The translations under genes were made by a program, and so were the position numbers. The notes under the pieces were generated by a model. The model saw only the letters and a list, made by a program, of their open reading frames with translations. It ran no database searches and had not been told where the DNA came from. Below, one piece after another: positions 12,173 through 24,400 of a stretch of 64,000 nucleotides of DNA. This stretch comes from Eledone cirrhosa (taxonomy: Eukaryota), in assembly GCA_964016885.1 (NCBI GenBank), contig OZ024750.1, positions 9,486,001-9,550,000 on the forward strand. Reading direction: 5' to 3'. Position 1 is the first letter of the stretch, and each line of letters opens with the position of its first letter.

Positions 12173-13145
12173 CCCCCAGTTAATAATGTAATGTATTCTC
12201 AGGTCTGGAATAATCCTACTAGTACACAAATCCTTTCACATCAGTAACTTATAGTTCCCTTGACTTCATTTTCATTGGGTGATTCCTATGTTTTTTTTTC
12301 AGAGAGGTTAAATGTACTTCATACTTTACTGCTTCATAGCAATAATGATGAGGAATCAACAGTTAGTGTGTAATCTATATACTTCACTGCAGAGAAGATA
12401 ATAAAAACTATAGAAATCAAATCATATAGAAGAGAATTTAATCTTAGTTGGATCTCATCAGTGTGGCACCAAATTCTGAGATAATCTATGAGAATCAAAA
12501 CAGATTCAGTTTTGAAAAATCAGAACTTTAGAGGAGGGATTAATTATGTGAATTATATGAATTAATATAGAGTTTTTCAAATCAGAAAAATAGTGTGAGG
12601 GAAAGAGAGAGCTAGAGAGTAGTGTGTGTAAGAATTAGAAAGAGTGTGTGTTTGTTTGAGAGAGAGGGGGAGATCAGAGAAAGAGAGTGTGTGTGTTTGA
12701 GAAAGAGAAAGAATTAGAATGAGAGAGAATCAGAGAAAGGGAGTGTGTGTGTGTGAGAGAGAGAGAGGGAGGGTATGGTAATAAATGTATCCACAGAGTC
12801 TCTCTTTTACTATTTTTCCTCTCTCCTCAACTGAGAGAGATAGAGTATTAGTACACTGAGTATCTTTATGTGTATTTCATGTCAGTTCTCAGTAATGGTT
12901 ACTTCTCGATTTAAAAACTATTTGATCTTTTATTTAATATTATATTAACATTTACCAATGTTATTGATTTGTAATATATCTTACTTATACTTCCTTTCAC
13001 ACAAAATCTTTTGAGTAAAATCTATGTTTTGTTAATTGATAAAGAGAGTTATTAAGCTCTATTAACTGTTCTTTCATGTTTCTACAGGTTGTTTCAAAGT
13101 CATCAAGGGTCTTAAAGTCAAAAAACATTTATTTCTGTTCATTAG

Positions 13146-13355
13146 GCAGTGGATTGGCAGTATCGGTAGAGTGTCGGACATCATGTTTTACAACATAGAG
13201 TTACGGCCCTTTTCGATCTGAGTTCAAATCCCGCCGAGGTTAGCTTTGCCTTTCATCAATAAAATAGAGCACTAGTAATGCACTGGGGTTCATTTAATCG
13301 ACTTCCCCCCCCCCTCCCCTAAAATTGTTCGCCTTGTGCTTAAATCAGAAACCAA
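13146..13355 (+). mobile_element. SINE family B
   Basis: Same head, B-box and tail as 11990-12172. Confidence 0.8.
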
Positions 13356-13498
13356 ATTGCTTCCCTTAAATATTCAAATTGCCTCCTCTCTGTTGCGGGG
13401 TGTGCACCCCATTTTGGGAATCACTGATCTAAGGAATGACCTTCATAGACAATCTGAAGCCAACAGAATTAATGCTGATGGTTGTGTTCCACTTAGAC

Positions 13499-13807
13499 CA
13501 AATTTAGTGGTTCTCAAACTTTGTTTACTCTCGGCACATTTTTGAAAAAGAAAAAATATGCTGCCGCACTTAAAAATAAGCTGAACACACAAACTATCTC
13601 TCATTCTTAACAGAGTTGACAGATTGAGATATTTTTGCCAAATCTTGTTACTAAGCTTTACTGGTTTGACACTTTTACAGCTATATATATAAACTTCAGT
13701 TTGTATTGGTCACATCTTAAAACTTAATCTTAGTCTTTCACGACACATCTAGTTACATCTCGCGACACACTGATGTGCCGTCGTAGTGCACGGTTTGGGA
13801 ACCACTG
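13499..13807. mobile_element. Non-autonomous hAT-type transposon
   Basis: Perfect 8-bp TSD ACTTAGAC (13491-98, 13808-15); TIRs CA(aattt)AGTGGTTCTCAAAC / GTTTGGGAACCACTG. Confidence 0.8.
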
Positions 13808-14203
13808 ACTTAGACTGTTGCAATTAGATGCCTGTAAGAAGAAAATTCCAGATGGCTGACTTTTAGGAGCAAGAACAGTTAGACATAGTGGTTAGTACCA
13901 GGCCTGGAGTTTGGACACAACATAGGTGATGGGAGGAGGAGGGAAGAAGAAAAGGAGAAGGAGGAGGGGGGGGGGGGGAGTAAGTCAGGATTGCCTGAGT
14001 GGAAGTAGCACAAGGACCAGTGACAGTCAGCTCTATTGAAGTAAAGTCATTGTTGTAGTGGTAGAAAAGAGAGAGAAGACTGAGTTTGGACACAACATAG
14101 GTGATGGGGGAGAAGGGGGGGGGGGGGAAGGAGGGAAGAGTAAGTCAGGATTTCCTGAGTGGTGGTAGCTCAAGGACTAGTCACAGTCAGTTCTATTGAA
14201 TAA

Positions 14204-14333
14204 CAGGGTGGCCCAAAAGTCACAATACATAGGAATTTTTTAAGTTTCCATATTTATCTATTTATTTTGAATAAATTGTTTCTTATAAAACATAATTATT
14301 TTTTTTATGTATCACAACTTTTGGGCCACCCTC
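14204..14333. mobile_element. Tc1/mariner-type MITE
   Basis: TIRs CAGGGTGGCCCAAAAGT / ACTTTTGGGCCACCCT, TA-type flanks; sits in the second unit of a local ~180-bp duplication. Confidence 0.85.
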
Positions 14334-14754
14334 TATAAATCATTGTTGCAGTTGTAGAAAAGTCAGATAAGACAGGACATTTCTGGACAAGAGGCTGGCT
14401 GTCAATAACTTTACAACCAATTAGTTGAGGTCTGCTCAATAAAAACTGCCCTCAAGATCTACAATAATATCAACTAATATATCCCATCATAACAAGAATT
14501 GCTTCGTTTGAATTTGAATTTTGGGGAGTTTTTTTTTTTATTTTATTTGTTATTTATTAATATTTTAATCAGAAAAAAGAACGTTTATAATTTATGGTTT
14601 TTATGGGGAGGGTTGTTTTGTCCTTATTTTGTTTCTCCTTCCGTTCCACCCCATCCACCCCATCCACCCCTCCACCCCTCCACCCTCATCAGTTCATGTC
14701 AACGTTGGGGCATATCAATATAATTTTTACATAATCATAAATATATTCAATAAC

Positions 14755-14889
14755 ACTTTTCTCTCTCTCCCTTCTCTCTCACTCTCTCTCTCTCTTCTCT
14801 CACTCTTTCCCCCTCTCTCTCTCTCTATTTCTCTATTGCACCCTTCTCTCCCTCTCCCTCTCTCCCGCTCTACTTCTCTATGACACCCT

Positions 14890-14952
<63 letters not shown>

Positions 14953-15024
14953 CTCTATTACACCCTTCTTTTCCCTCTATCTCTCTATTTCTCTATTACA
15001 CCCTTTCTTCTTTCTCTCTCTCTG

Positions 15025-15065
<41 letters not shown>

Positions 15066-15194
15066 TACACCCTTCTTCTCCCCCTCTCTTTCTCTCTCCC
15101 ACCCTCTCCCCCTCTCTTTCTCTCTCCCACCCTCTCCCCCTCTCTTTCTCTCTCCCACCCTCTCCTCCTCTCTATTACACCCTCACCCTCACCC

Positions 15195-15269
<75 letters not shown>

Positions 15270-15310
15270 TACACCCTCTCTCTCTCACACACACTCTTTC
15301 TTTCTCTCAC
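14755..15310. repeat. (CT)n-rich pyrimidine tract with TA inserts and repeated CTATTACACCCT
   Basis: Direct inspection. Confidence 0.9.
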
Positions 15311-15698
15311 ACAGTTATTGTTGTTCTGTAAAACATATTTCAATTTTATTTTTATAGTATTGATTATATTTTTTCATCTTTCAGAGTTGGTAAACGCGAA
15401 ATTTATATTCAATATATCTAAATTTTGATCTTGACAGTGTCTCCCACCATATTGGTTAAAAGCATTCAGAAATTCATGAGATGTAACAATAATGTGCAAT
15501 AAAGACACACACATACACACATATACTCACACACACGTACACATACACACATACACACACATATACACACACACATACACATACACATTTGTATTGGATT
15601 ATGTAAATGGCCATGTTTTCAAAAACACTTGATCTCATTCTAGCATAGAAAAGTGGTGGGTGTAGAGTAATATATATATGTATATATTATATATACAT

Positions 15699-16045
15699 AT
15701 CATCATCATCATCATCATCATTTTTACGTCAGCTTTTCCCTGCTTGCAAGGGTGGGACGGGAACTGATTCTGGCTTGATTTTTACAGCTGGATGCCCTTC
15801 CTAACACCAGCCTCATTTACAGTGAGTACTGGGTGCTTTTTTGCCGTGGCACCTCCACGACCACTTTGCAGTCGAATGATAGGGACCCCAGTCCCTATCA
15901 TCTCATTTCTACAGCTGAGTAAACTGGAGCAATGTGAAATAATGTGTCTTGCTCAAGGAAACAACACATCACCCAGTCTGAGAATTGAACTCACAACCTT
16001 TCGATTGCAAGACCAATGCTCTAACCACTAAGCCATGTGCATCCA
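15699..16045 (-). mobile_element. Full-length SINE family A (tRNA head, core, RTE 3' tail)
   Basis: Minus strand: A-box TGGCTTAGTGGTTAGAGC, B-box GAGTTCAATTC, core TTCCTTGAGCAAGACAC, RTE UTR segment, (GAT)n. Confidence 0.9.
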
Positions 16046-16146
16046 TATATAATTTTATGCTGAAGTTAGATTCTTTCAGCAGGTACATAAAATTCTGATT
16101 TGTTTAGTTATCAAATTAACAATTCTATTAATTATTTTGACTTAAA

Positions 16147-16279
<133 letters not shown>

Positions 16280-16321
16280 CGAAAACATAAGTCAATTGCA
16301 TGAACTCATAATCCTTTATTT

Positions 16322-16377
16322 ACTGCTATATATATTTCGATGATAGCCATTGAATGGCTATGACCTCATCAGGCAGT
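16322..16377 (-). ncRNA. Minimal type I hammerhead ribozyme, family H4 (element ~16276-16433 between TA tracts)
   Basis: Minus strand: ACTGC-CTGATGA-GGTCATAGCCA-ttcaa-TGGCTATCATC-GAAA-T-ATAT-A-TA-GCAGT; canonical G10.1-C11.1 pair and intact core. Confidence 0.8.
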
Positions 16378-17534
16378 TAGTCAGTTCTTAGATATGCCAG
16401 CTCTGTGTTTATAGTGTTGATGCTATCAGAGCCATATATATATATATATTTCAGTAATTTTTTTTTAATACAAACTATTCTCATTCTTATTATTAGACTT
16501 ATTATATAATTCGGTAAAAAAATTGTTGAATATTTATAAAGTAATTTTCGTAGAAAACCACCATTTTGATTTCGATTTTAATAAAAAAAATTTGACTTGA
16601 TATTGTGAAAAAAACAAACAAACAAACATATTTAGAAAATATACAAGCAGCATATTTATTACACAAGTTGTGATTTGTCAACTGGTTATTAAATTCCTAT
16701 TTCCAATCATTGGATTTCTTGAATTCTAGCAGTTTTATAAGAAAGGAAAAAAAAAATTTCATTTTTTTCTTTTGAGTAATGAATTAGCAAAGTTGTTAGA
16801 GAGTAGGATAAAATGTCTTGCTATATTTCTTTCAGTTCAGTTCTTTGAGTTCAAATCTTACAGAGGTCAATTTGGCCTTTTATTCTTAAGGCGGCAATGA
16901 AATAAAGTGCTATTTTAAGGTAGTGGATCGGGAGGATTGCCAGAGTCTCAGGTCAAGACAACTTATGGCATTGGTTCCATATCTTTGGATTCTTAGTTCT
17001 TGGCTGGTAGATATCATGGGCACTTTTTGAAGAGTTGAAAATTTCAAAATTGCTCCAGATAAACATAATGTGTTGATTAGCTGCCCTGGCTTATACACAA
17101 ATTTTAGATTTCAGCACATTTCTCAAACATAAAATAGGGTGCTGGCTTATATTCAAGTCTATACAATAATTCCTTCACCTGTTTAACACCACCACCTAGC
17201 ATTTGGGTACCTTTAGTGGAGAATACCTCCTTGCAAATATTTAATTGAGGTCTCTATTCTGAGTATAACAACCTCCTTTTGTTCCACCAGTCATAGAAGC
17301 CATGAATAGAGTGTGAGTATTTTCTCCCTCCATATTCTCTCTTAGATAAAACATGACTTTAAACTTACGAATGAACGAATGAAAGTTTTATAGAAATGGT
17401 TTCTTTAGCAAGCTATACTATAAAGTATATTCATGTCATACTATATACCTGCAAACTAACTATATATACCATCACTAAGCTCCTCATTATCATGAAACCT
17501 TATTAGTTGAAAAATATATAATATAAGAAGGTAT

Positions 17535-17577
17535 ACGTTGCTGACGATAGCTAATAAGCTTGAAACTAGTACAGCGT
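17535..17577 (+). ncRNA. Very small type I hammerhead-like motif (U.U helix II base, CUAG loop III)
   Basis: ACGTTG-CTGACGA-T-AGC-taataa-GCT-T-GAAA-CTAG-TA-CAGCGT. Confidence 0.65.
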
Positions 17578-18034
17578 TCCTTTGTCAGTGTTGAACAAAC
17601 AAGCAACGGCTTGATATGGGATGTTTGTTTACAAACACACCGAGCATTATAATAAATGTTCGGTGAATCCATACATACATATATATATGTGTGCATGTAT
17701 GTATATATATACATACTACTGTACGTCTGTATACATATATGTATGTACATATACATACTTATATATAATATCAATAAACCTATTAAACTTTTCCTTTAAC
17801 CTAAATAGAATTATATCTTTCTATGAAGCTCAACAAATTTTTCTTTAAAACTCCATTTCTTCCATGTATAGGTTGCCAAAGTTACATGTTTTGTTGTCTT
17901 TTTTTAACAATTCAATCAAAAGATGTTTGCTGGTTTCACTTGACTTATAATTTCATTTGAAATAGTTTTATGATATTTTTTTCTGTTAACCCGTTCCTAA
18001 CCATGTTGCTATGTTTGCCTCTATGATAGGAACA

Positions 18035-18600
18035 GACATGGTTGTGTAGTTAAGGAGTTTCCTTCACAACCAGCCATGTATTTCCATGTTTGATCTCTCA
18101 CTATGTAGTTCCACGTTTGATCTCTCACCATGTAGTTCCATGTTTGATCTTTCACCATGTAGTTCCATGTTTGATCTCTCACCATGTAGTTCCACGTTTG
18201 ATCTCTCACCATGTAGTTCCATGTTTGATCTTTCACCATGTAGTTCCATGTTTGATCTCTCACCATGTAGTTCCATGTTTGATCTTTCACCATCTAGTTC
18301 CATGTTTGATCTCTCACCATGTAGTTCCACGTTTGATCTCTCACCATGTAGTTCCATGTTTGATCTTTCACCATGTAGTTCCATGTTTGATCTCTCACCA
18401 TGTAGTTCCATGTTTGATCTCTCACCATGTAGTTCCACGTTTGATCTCTCACCATGTAGTTCCATGTTTGACCTCTCACCATGTAGGTCCATGTTTGACC
18501 TCCCACCATGTGGTAGTTTCAGCAAGTATCTTAAACTATAGCATCTGGTTAACCAATATATTGTGAGTGAATTTGGTACATAGAAACTATACAAAAGCTC
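18035..18600 (+). repeat. 27-bp minisatellite (~16 copies, 18074-18510) inside an old tRNA-SINE
   Basis: Unit CCATGTAGTTCCATGTTTGATCTCTCA; preceded by an A-box-like TGGTTGTGTAGTTAAG and followed by SINE-like body (GCAAGTATCTT...TTGTGAGTGAATTTGGTA...GAAACT). Confidence 0.85.
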
Positions 18601-19098
18601 ATGGATGAATGGATGGATATTTATATGTATGCATGTATGTTTATATGTATGTATGCATGCATTTATGTATGTCTGAGTATGTGTGTGTGAGAGGGGGAGA
18701 GGGGAGAGAGTTGTGACCGGATGCAGCCAGTTTAAATGCTAAAGGGTTAAGGTATGCTCCAAATGCAAACTTAATGAAAGTTATTTATTTTACAGAATCC
18801 TACCAAATTCTTGAAAAGTACAAGCAGTATCTTTAATGAGAAATATGGTAATTAAAGAGTTAACCTTAGGGATCTTAAGACCCTAGAGCAGCTAGTAAGA
18901 AGATGTTGAAAAACTATATTTAAAGGTTTCTCATTTAAAAATCAAATGATATGAAGCCATATGAAAGAAATATAGTTTTCATCAATGATGTATGCATATA
19001 TATATACATACTTTCACATACATATATATGTGTGTATACATAAACACATACATTATATGTATATATATGCATACACACACATACACATATATATAAAT

Positions 19099-19310
19099 AT
19101 CATCATCATCATCATCAGCGTTTTACGTCCGCTCTTCCACGCTAGCATGGGTTAGACGGGTTGTCCTCTTGTGGGCAGTGTCCGGTCGGCTGACTTTGTC
19201 TTGCTCATACGGGAACTGATTCTGGCTTGATTTCTACAGCTGGATGCCCTTCCTAGCACCAACCTCATTTACAGTGAGTGCTAGGTACTTTTTTTTCCGT
19301 GGCGCCTACA
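19099..19310 (-). mobile_element. RTE 3' UTR fragment
   Basis: Reverse complement of ~23480-23689. Confidence 0.85.
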
Positions 19311-19865
19311 TATTATGTATAAAAAAATCTGATTCCATGGTACAAATTTAAGATTTAAATAAATTCAATATATTAATTCATAAATATCTATGCGTGTGTA
19401 TATATATATATATATATATACATATATATATGTGTGTGTGTGAATATATATATGCAAAAATATCTATTTATGTATATATATATATAAATATAAATATATA
19501 TATATACACACACACACACATAAATAGATATTTATGCACTTATATATTGAATTTATTTAAATTTAAAATTTCTCTCTTGGAAACCTATTGGCAGCAAGTC
19601 TAAAATATGTTTGAAATATTTTTCCATCAATTCTAATTCAATTTAATGTGCCACACTTAGTATGGTGCCTTCTGTGGTAATATTATAGAAATGTCAGAAA
19701 TATTTTATCAATTTTGCAATAATGTTTCCCCGTGACTGTTAATATGTCAAAAATACTGATTATTCAAGCTCTGAATACTGGTTGTGTTAATGACCTCTGA
19801 TGCACCCTAGCTAGCATGAGTGGAAAATATTGTAGAAATTGTTACACCCTCATTAATAAACCTTT

Positions 19866-19866
<1 letters not shown>

Positions 19867-19960
<94 letters not shown>

Positions 19961-19984
19961 TTCTCTGTCAGTCTCTTTCTCTCC

Positions 19985-20040
<56 letters not shown>

Positions 20041-20055
20041 CTCTGTCAGTCTCTT

Positions 20056-20115
<60 letters not shown>
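19867..20115. repeat. (CT)n microsatellite
   Basis: Direct inspection. Confidence 0.95.
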
Positions 20116-20117
<2 letters not shown>

Positions 20118-20566
20118 TATATATATATATATATTTGTGTCTATATGTATATATATATATACATATACATATATATAGAGGGAGAGAGAGCGCAAGAGAG
20201 AGGCAGACAAAAATAGAGTGAGAGAAAGACAAGGATATACGTATATATATATATATATATATATATTGCTATTTGTCTCCTTCATCACCTAAGGCAGTAG
20301 TTCATATGTTTTAACTCTGAAACTGGCATATGTTTAGATATAATCAATTTAATTTAACATCTACATGAATATAGAAGTATTTATCCACATGCATTGCTGT
20401 AAAAGTAGCTCTGTGGTTAAAACTTTCACTTCGAAATCATCTGCATCCATGTTTGATTTTACAATACAGTAACTTCCGGTTATTATCTTCTACCATAGAC
20501 TTTAGTTGACCAATATTAGCTTGGGGGTAATAATCTTCTACAATGGAATCTGGTTGACCAATATCA

Positions 20567-20746
20567 TAATTGTTTCTACTTTTAGCACAAGGCCAGCAAT
20601 TATCACAGTGCATTACTGGTACTTTATTTTATCGACCCTGTAAGTATGAAAGGCAAAGTTAACCTCGGCGGTATTTGAACTCAGACCACAAAGGGTTGTA
20701 ACTCTTTGCTGCAAAGCATGGCGTCAGACCCTCTACCAATAGTGCC
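20567..20746 (-). mobile_element. SINE family B, followed by a partial piggyBac-like MITE end (to 20924)
   Basis: Family B motifs; the downstream sequence ends GTAAATGCTAAAGGGTTAA. Confidence 0.8.
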
Positions 20747-21504
20747 AAAATAATATCAAAATCTCATAGATTTGATATTATGTGAGATAATTATGTAAGG
20801 TAAAGCCTTTACTGTCAAAAGACAATAGTATATATATAGAGTAATGTAAATGTTATGTGAGGTAAAGCCTTTACTGTCAAAAGACAATAGTATATATAGA
20901 GTAATGTAAATGCTAAAGGGTTAAATTGCATGACTGACTTCAGCAGGACACAAAATCTGAATGTAGGGGGAGGTAATTAAATACTTTTAGTTTTACAATT
21001 TAATACACCTCTTTTACTTCCCCTGTTTGGTATTAATATGGTTTACCAACTAGTTAATGTTCCAGCTAGCTCATGTTCATTGAAGTCCTGTCTCAGTATA
21101 GTGTTGTGTAGTTTTGAACTTTCGATAATGGTGTAAATATTTTCATGTAAGAGAAGGCAATCTGCCATAACATTCTGCATTTTCTCAATAAGGATCAAGA
21201 GGAGTGAAATATTATTTCTGAAAACAGCCAGCATATTAGTTTACTGAAGAAAATGTTGGTAAAAGTAAAGTACAGTAGCGTTAAATTGGAAAAATCATTG
21301 TCCTATAGATATATTTGGTTTTTAATACATATTGCTAGGCAGCTGGTTGCACTATCAGAGCCAATATTATTGATGTAAAAGATATCATGTTGAATATATA
21401 TATACATAAATATATATATATATATGTGTGTGTATATATACATATGTATATATATATGTGTATATATATATATGTGTGTATGTGTATATATACATATGTT
21501 TATA

Positions 21505-21570
<66 letters not shown>

Positions 21571-21631
21571 TGGTTACACAACAGTTAGTTCACCATACCG
21601 AGAACAATTGTTTTACCTTCCAGTGTTCCAC

Positions 21632-21668
<37 letters not shown>

Positions 21669-21710
21669 TATATATACATATACATATATATACATGTATA
21701 TATATGTACA

Positions 21711-21743
<33 letters not shown>

Positions 21744-21932
21744 TGTGACTAACTGCATGATTACTTTGTTGATATGTATGAAAAAGCAAATGTTGTTTTC
21801 CTCTACAAAGCTGTTAGATAGATATATTTAACTTTAGAGGTTGAGAGAGAAATGAGGAAACTACATCATATTATATTTTGACATGATTATATTTGATATT
21901 GCAGTAAATATTGTTTTATGACATTTGGAGCA

Positions 21933-21962
<30 letters not shown>

Positions 21963-21963
<1 letters not shown>

Positions 21964-22216
21964 CATCATTTCATTTTACGTCCGCTTTTCCCTGCTTACA
22001 AGGGTGGGACGGGAACTGATACTGGCTTGATTTCTACAGCTGGATGCCCTTCCTAACACCAACCTCATTTACAGTGAGTGCTGGGTGCTTTTTTGCCGTG
22101 GCACCTCCACGACCACTTTGCAGTGGAATGATATAGACCCCAGTCCTTATCATCTCATTTCTACAGCTGAGTAAACTGGAGCAATGTGAAATAAAGTGTC
22201 TTGCTCAAGGAAACAA
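21963..22216 (-). mobile_element. SINE family A, head truncated at an H5 fold-back element
   Basis: Matches 15699-15965, then switches directly to H5 sequence at ~22216. Confidence 0.85.
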
Positions 22217-22391
22217 CGGCAGAGCTCAAGCCGTTTCGACGGCTATTTCTGGACTCAGAAATACCCGTCGAAACGGCTTGAGCTCTGCCGTCGAGGTCCT
22301 ACATTTTCCTATTACCCACTCTACTACCCTAAGTATTGAGTACTCTGGTGCGTTACGGTCCATCTGGTTCCTTACCACAATTCCTTTGTTA
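22216..22391 (+). mobile_element. Half-hammerhead fold-back element, family H5
   Basis: IR 22216-22291 centred on ATTTCTG-GACT-CAGAAAT; GAAA-CGGC-ttGAGCTCt-GCCG-TC. Confidence 0.8.
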
Positions 22392-22477
22392 TATATATAT
22401 AGAGAGAGAGATAGATAGATAGAGAGATAGATGGATAACGAGGAATCAGTGATTCATTAAAACACAATTTATTAACA

Positions 22478-23689
22478 TATTCCAAACCTGGAAGCAGGGA
22501 CTAGAGAGAAAGGGCCTCAAAGTCAACATGACAAAGACTAAGGTCCTTATAAGTAGACGAGAAAACAGAACCCAGATCCCCTCAGGGAAATGGCCTTGCT
22601 CAGTATGTAGGAAAGGTGTAGGTAGGAACTCCATTCTTTGCCCCAAATGCAAACAATGGGTACACAAGAGATGTAGCGGGATCTCAGGAAGCTTAATTAA
22701 GAATGTAGGATTCACATGCAGCAGCTGTGCTGAAACAGCAAGCAAACAGCCACAGGAAACAAGTACCACCAATCTCTGGGAGGGCCCTGTAGAAACAGTA
22801 GACAGCTTCTGCTACCTAGGTGACCGAATTAGCAACGGAGGTGGGTGCTCAGAAAGTACAATAACTAGGGTAAGAACGGGATGGAAGAAGTTTAGGGAAC
22901 TACTACCACTGCTAGCTGCAAAAGGCTTCTCCCTCAGAATGAAAGGCAGACTGTATGATGCGTGTATCCGAACAGCGATGTTGCATGGTAGTGAGACCTG
23001 GGCGCTGAAGGTGGAAGACTTACGTAGATTAGAGAGAAACGAAGCCTGCATGCTCCGATGGATGTGTAACAGTAATATACGTGAACGACAAAGCATAAAT
23101 GAATTGAGAGAGAGACTGAGCATAAGAGGAATCAAATGCTGCGTGCAGGAGAGGCGGTTACGCTGGTATGGACATGTGATGCGTATGAAGGATGACAGCT
23201 GCATAAAAAGGTGCAGAGCACTAGAAGTTGATGGAAACCGCGGAGTGGGGAGACCCAAGATGACTTGGGATGAGGTGATAAAAGCCGACCTTACCCAACT
23301 ACACCTCTCAAAGTCAATGACACACGACCGTGACTTCTGGCGTCACGCAGTAATACAGGGTACCCGACCTCCCATGGGTACATGCTGAAGCATATAAACA
23401 ATATGCCCCCCCCCCACCGCAAGGTGGTCGTGGAGGTGCCACGGCAAAAAAGCACCCAGCCCACACTGTAAAGTGGACGTGTAGGCGCCACGAAAAAGCA
23501 CCCAGCACTCACTGTAAATGAGGTTGGTGTTAGGAAGGGCATCCAGCTGTAGAAATCAAGCCAGATCAGTTCCTGTATGAGCAAGGCATGGTCAGCCGAC
23601 CAGACACTGCCCACAACAGGACAACCCGTCTAACCCATGCTAGCGTGGAAGAACGGACGTAAAACGGTGATGATGATGATGATGATGAT
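22478..23689 (+). mobile_element. Young 5'-truncated RTE-clade LINE with 3' UTR and (GAT)n tail
   Basis: Uninterrupted reading frame from ~22478 (FQTWKQGLERKGLKVNM...) to 23388, then ~300 bp UTR and (GAT)n. Confidence 0.92.
22528..23388 (+). CDS. C-terminal part of RTE LINE ORF (end of RT, PHD-like Cys/His finger, thumb and C-terminal domain); retrotransposon fragment, not a host gene
   Basis: Motifs GLKVNMTKTKVL, CSVC...CPKC..WVHKRC...CSSC, VDSFCYLGD, MLHGSETW, RRLRWYGHVMRM, GRPKMTW, DRDFW. Confidence 0.85.
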   Translation: MTKTKVLISRRENRTQIPSGKWPCSVCRKGVGRNSILCPKCKQWVHKRCSGISGSLIKNVGFTCSSCAETASKQPQETSTTNLWEGPVETVDSFCYLGDRISNGGGCSESTITRVRTGWKKFRELLPLLAAKGFSLRMKGRLYDACIRTAMLHGSETWALKVEDLRRLERNEACMLRWMCNSNIRERQSINELRERLSIRGIKCCVQERRLRWYGHVMRMKDDSCIKRCRALEVDGNRGVGRPKMTWDEVIKADLTQLHLSKSMTHDRDFWRHAVIQGTRPPMGTC

Positions 23690-23776
23690 TACATATGTTT
23701 CTCCGACGATCAGCTCAAGGCAAGATCTATTATAGATCGAACCTGACTCTGCACTCGTAAGGTCTTCAGATATGTT
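23688..23776 (-). ncRNA. Hammerhead family H3 copy ending at its predicted cleavage site
   Basis: Minus strand: AACATAT-CTGAAGA-CCTTACGA...TCGTCGGA-GAAA-CATATG-TA, then the RTE tail. Confidence 0.55.
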
Positions 23777-23825
23777 TAACGTTTTCAAGGCATTTCTTCA
23801 TTTCTTCATACTATATATATATATA

Positions 23826-24268
23826 TCATCATCATTTTACGTCCGCTTTTCCCTGCTTGCAAGGGTGGGACGGGAACTGATTCTGGCTTGATTTCTACAG
23901 CTGGATGCCCTTCCTAACACCAACCTCATTTACAGTGAGTGCTGGGTGCCTTTTTTCCGTGGCGCCTACACGTCCACTTTACAGCGTGGGCTGGGTGCTT
24001 TTTTTGACGTGGCACCTCCACGACCACTCTACAGTGGAATGATAGGGACCCCACTCCCTATCATTTCATTTCTACAGCTGAGTAAACTGGAGCAATGTGA
24101 AATAAGGTGTCTTGCTCAAGGAAACAACACATCACCCGGTCTGAGAATTGAACTCACAACCTTTCAATTGCAAGGCCAATGCTCTAACCACTAAGCCATG
24201 TACCTCCATATATATATATGTTTGTATATATCAGATAGGGTGTGGTAAAAACCAGGCGGACCATAACC
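23826..24268 (-). mobile_element. Full-length SINE family A
   Basis: tRNA head with A and B boxes, core, RTE-derived tail, (GAT)n. Confidence 0.9.
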
Positions 24269-24400
24269 CACTAGAGTACTCAATACTTGAAGTAGTAGAG
24301 TGGGTAATATGAAAACCTTTTCGACAGCTAGATCAGAACTGTTGAATCTAGCTGTCGAAATGGCTGGAGCTCAACCTCAGGGTCCTGAATCTTTTCATAT
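24231..24400 (-). mobile_element. Half-hammerhead fold-back element, family H6
   Basis: TTTCGACAGCTAGAT...ATCTAGCTGTC-GAAA-TGGCT-ggagctc...; its 3' part is homologous to the H5 tail (TATTGAGTAC). Confidence 0.7.

Noticed and set aside
15975-16045. tRNA-like sequence with A and B boxes
   Set aside because: SINE head continuing into SINE core and tail; no proper acceptor stem.
18074-18510. Regular short repeats (also 35142-35819 and 61530-62460) considered as CRISPR arrays
   Set aside because: Head-to-tail units without unique spacers, no cas genes, eukaryotic context.
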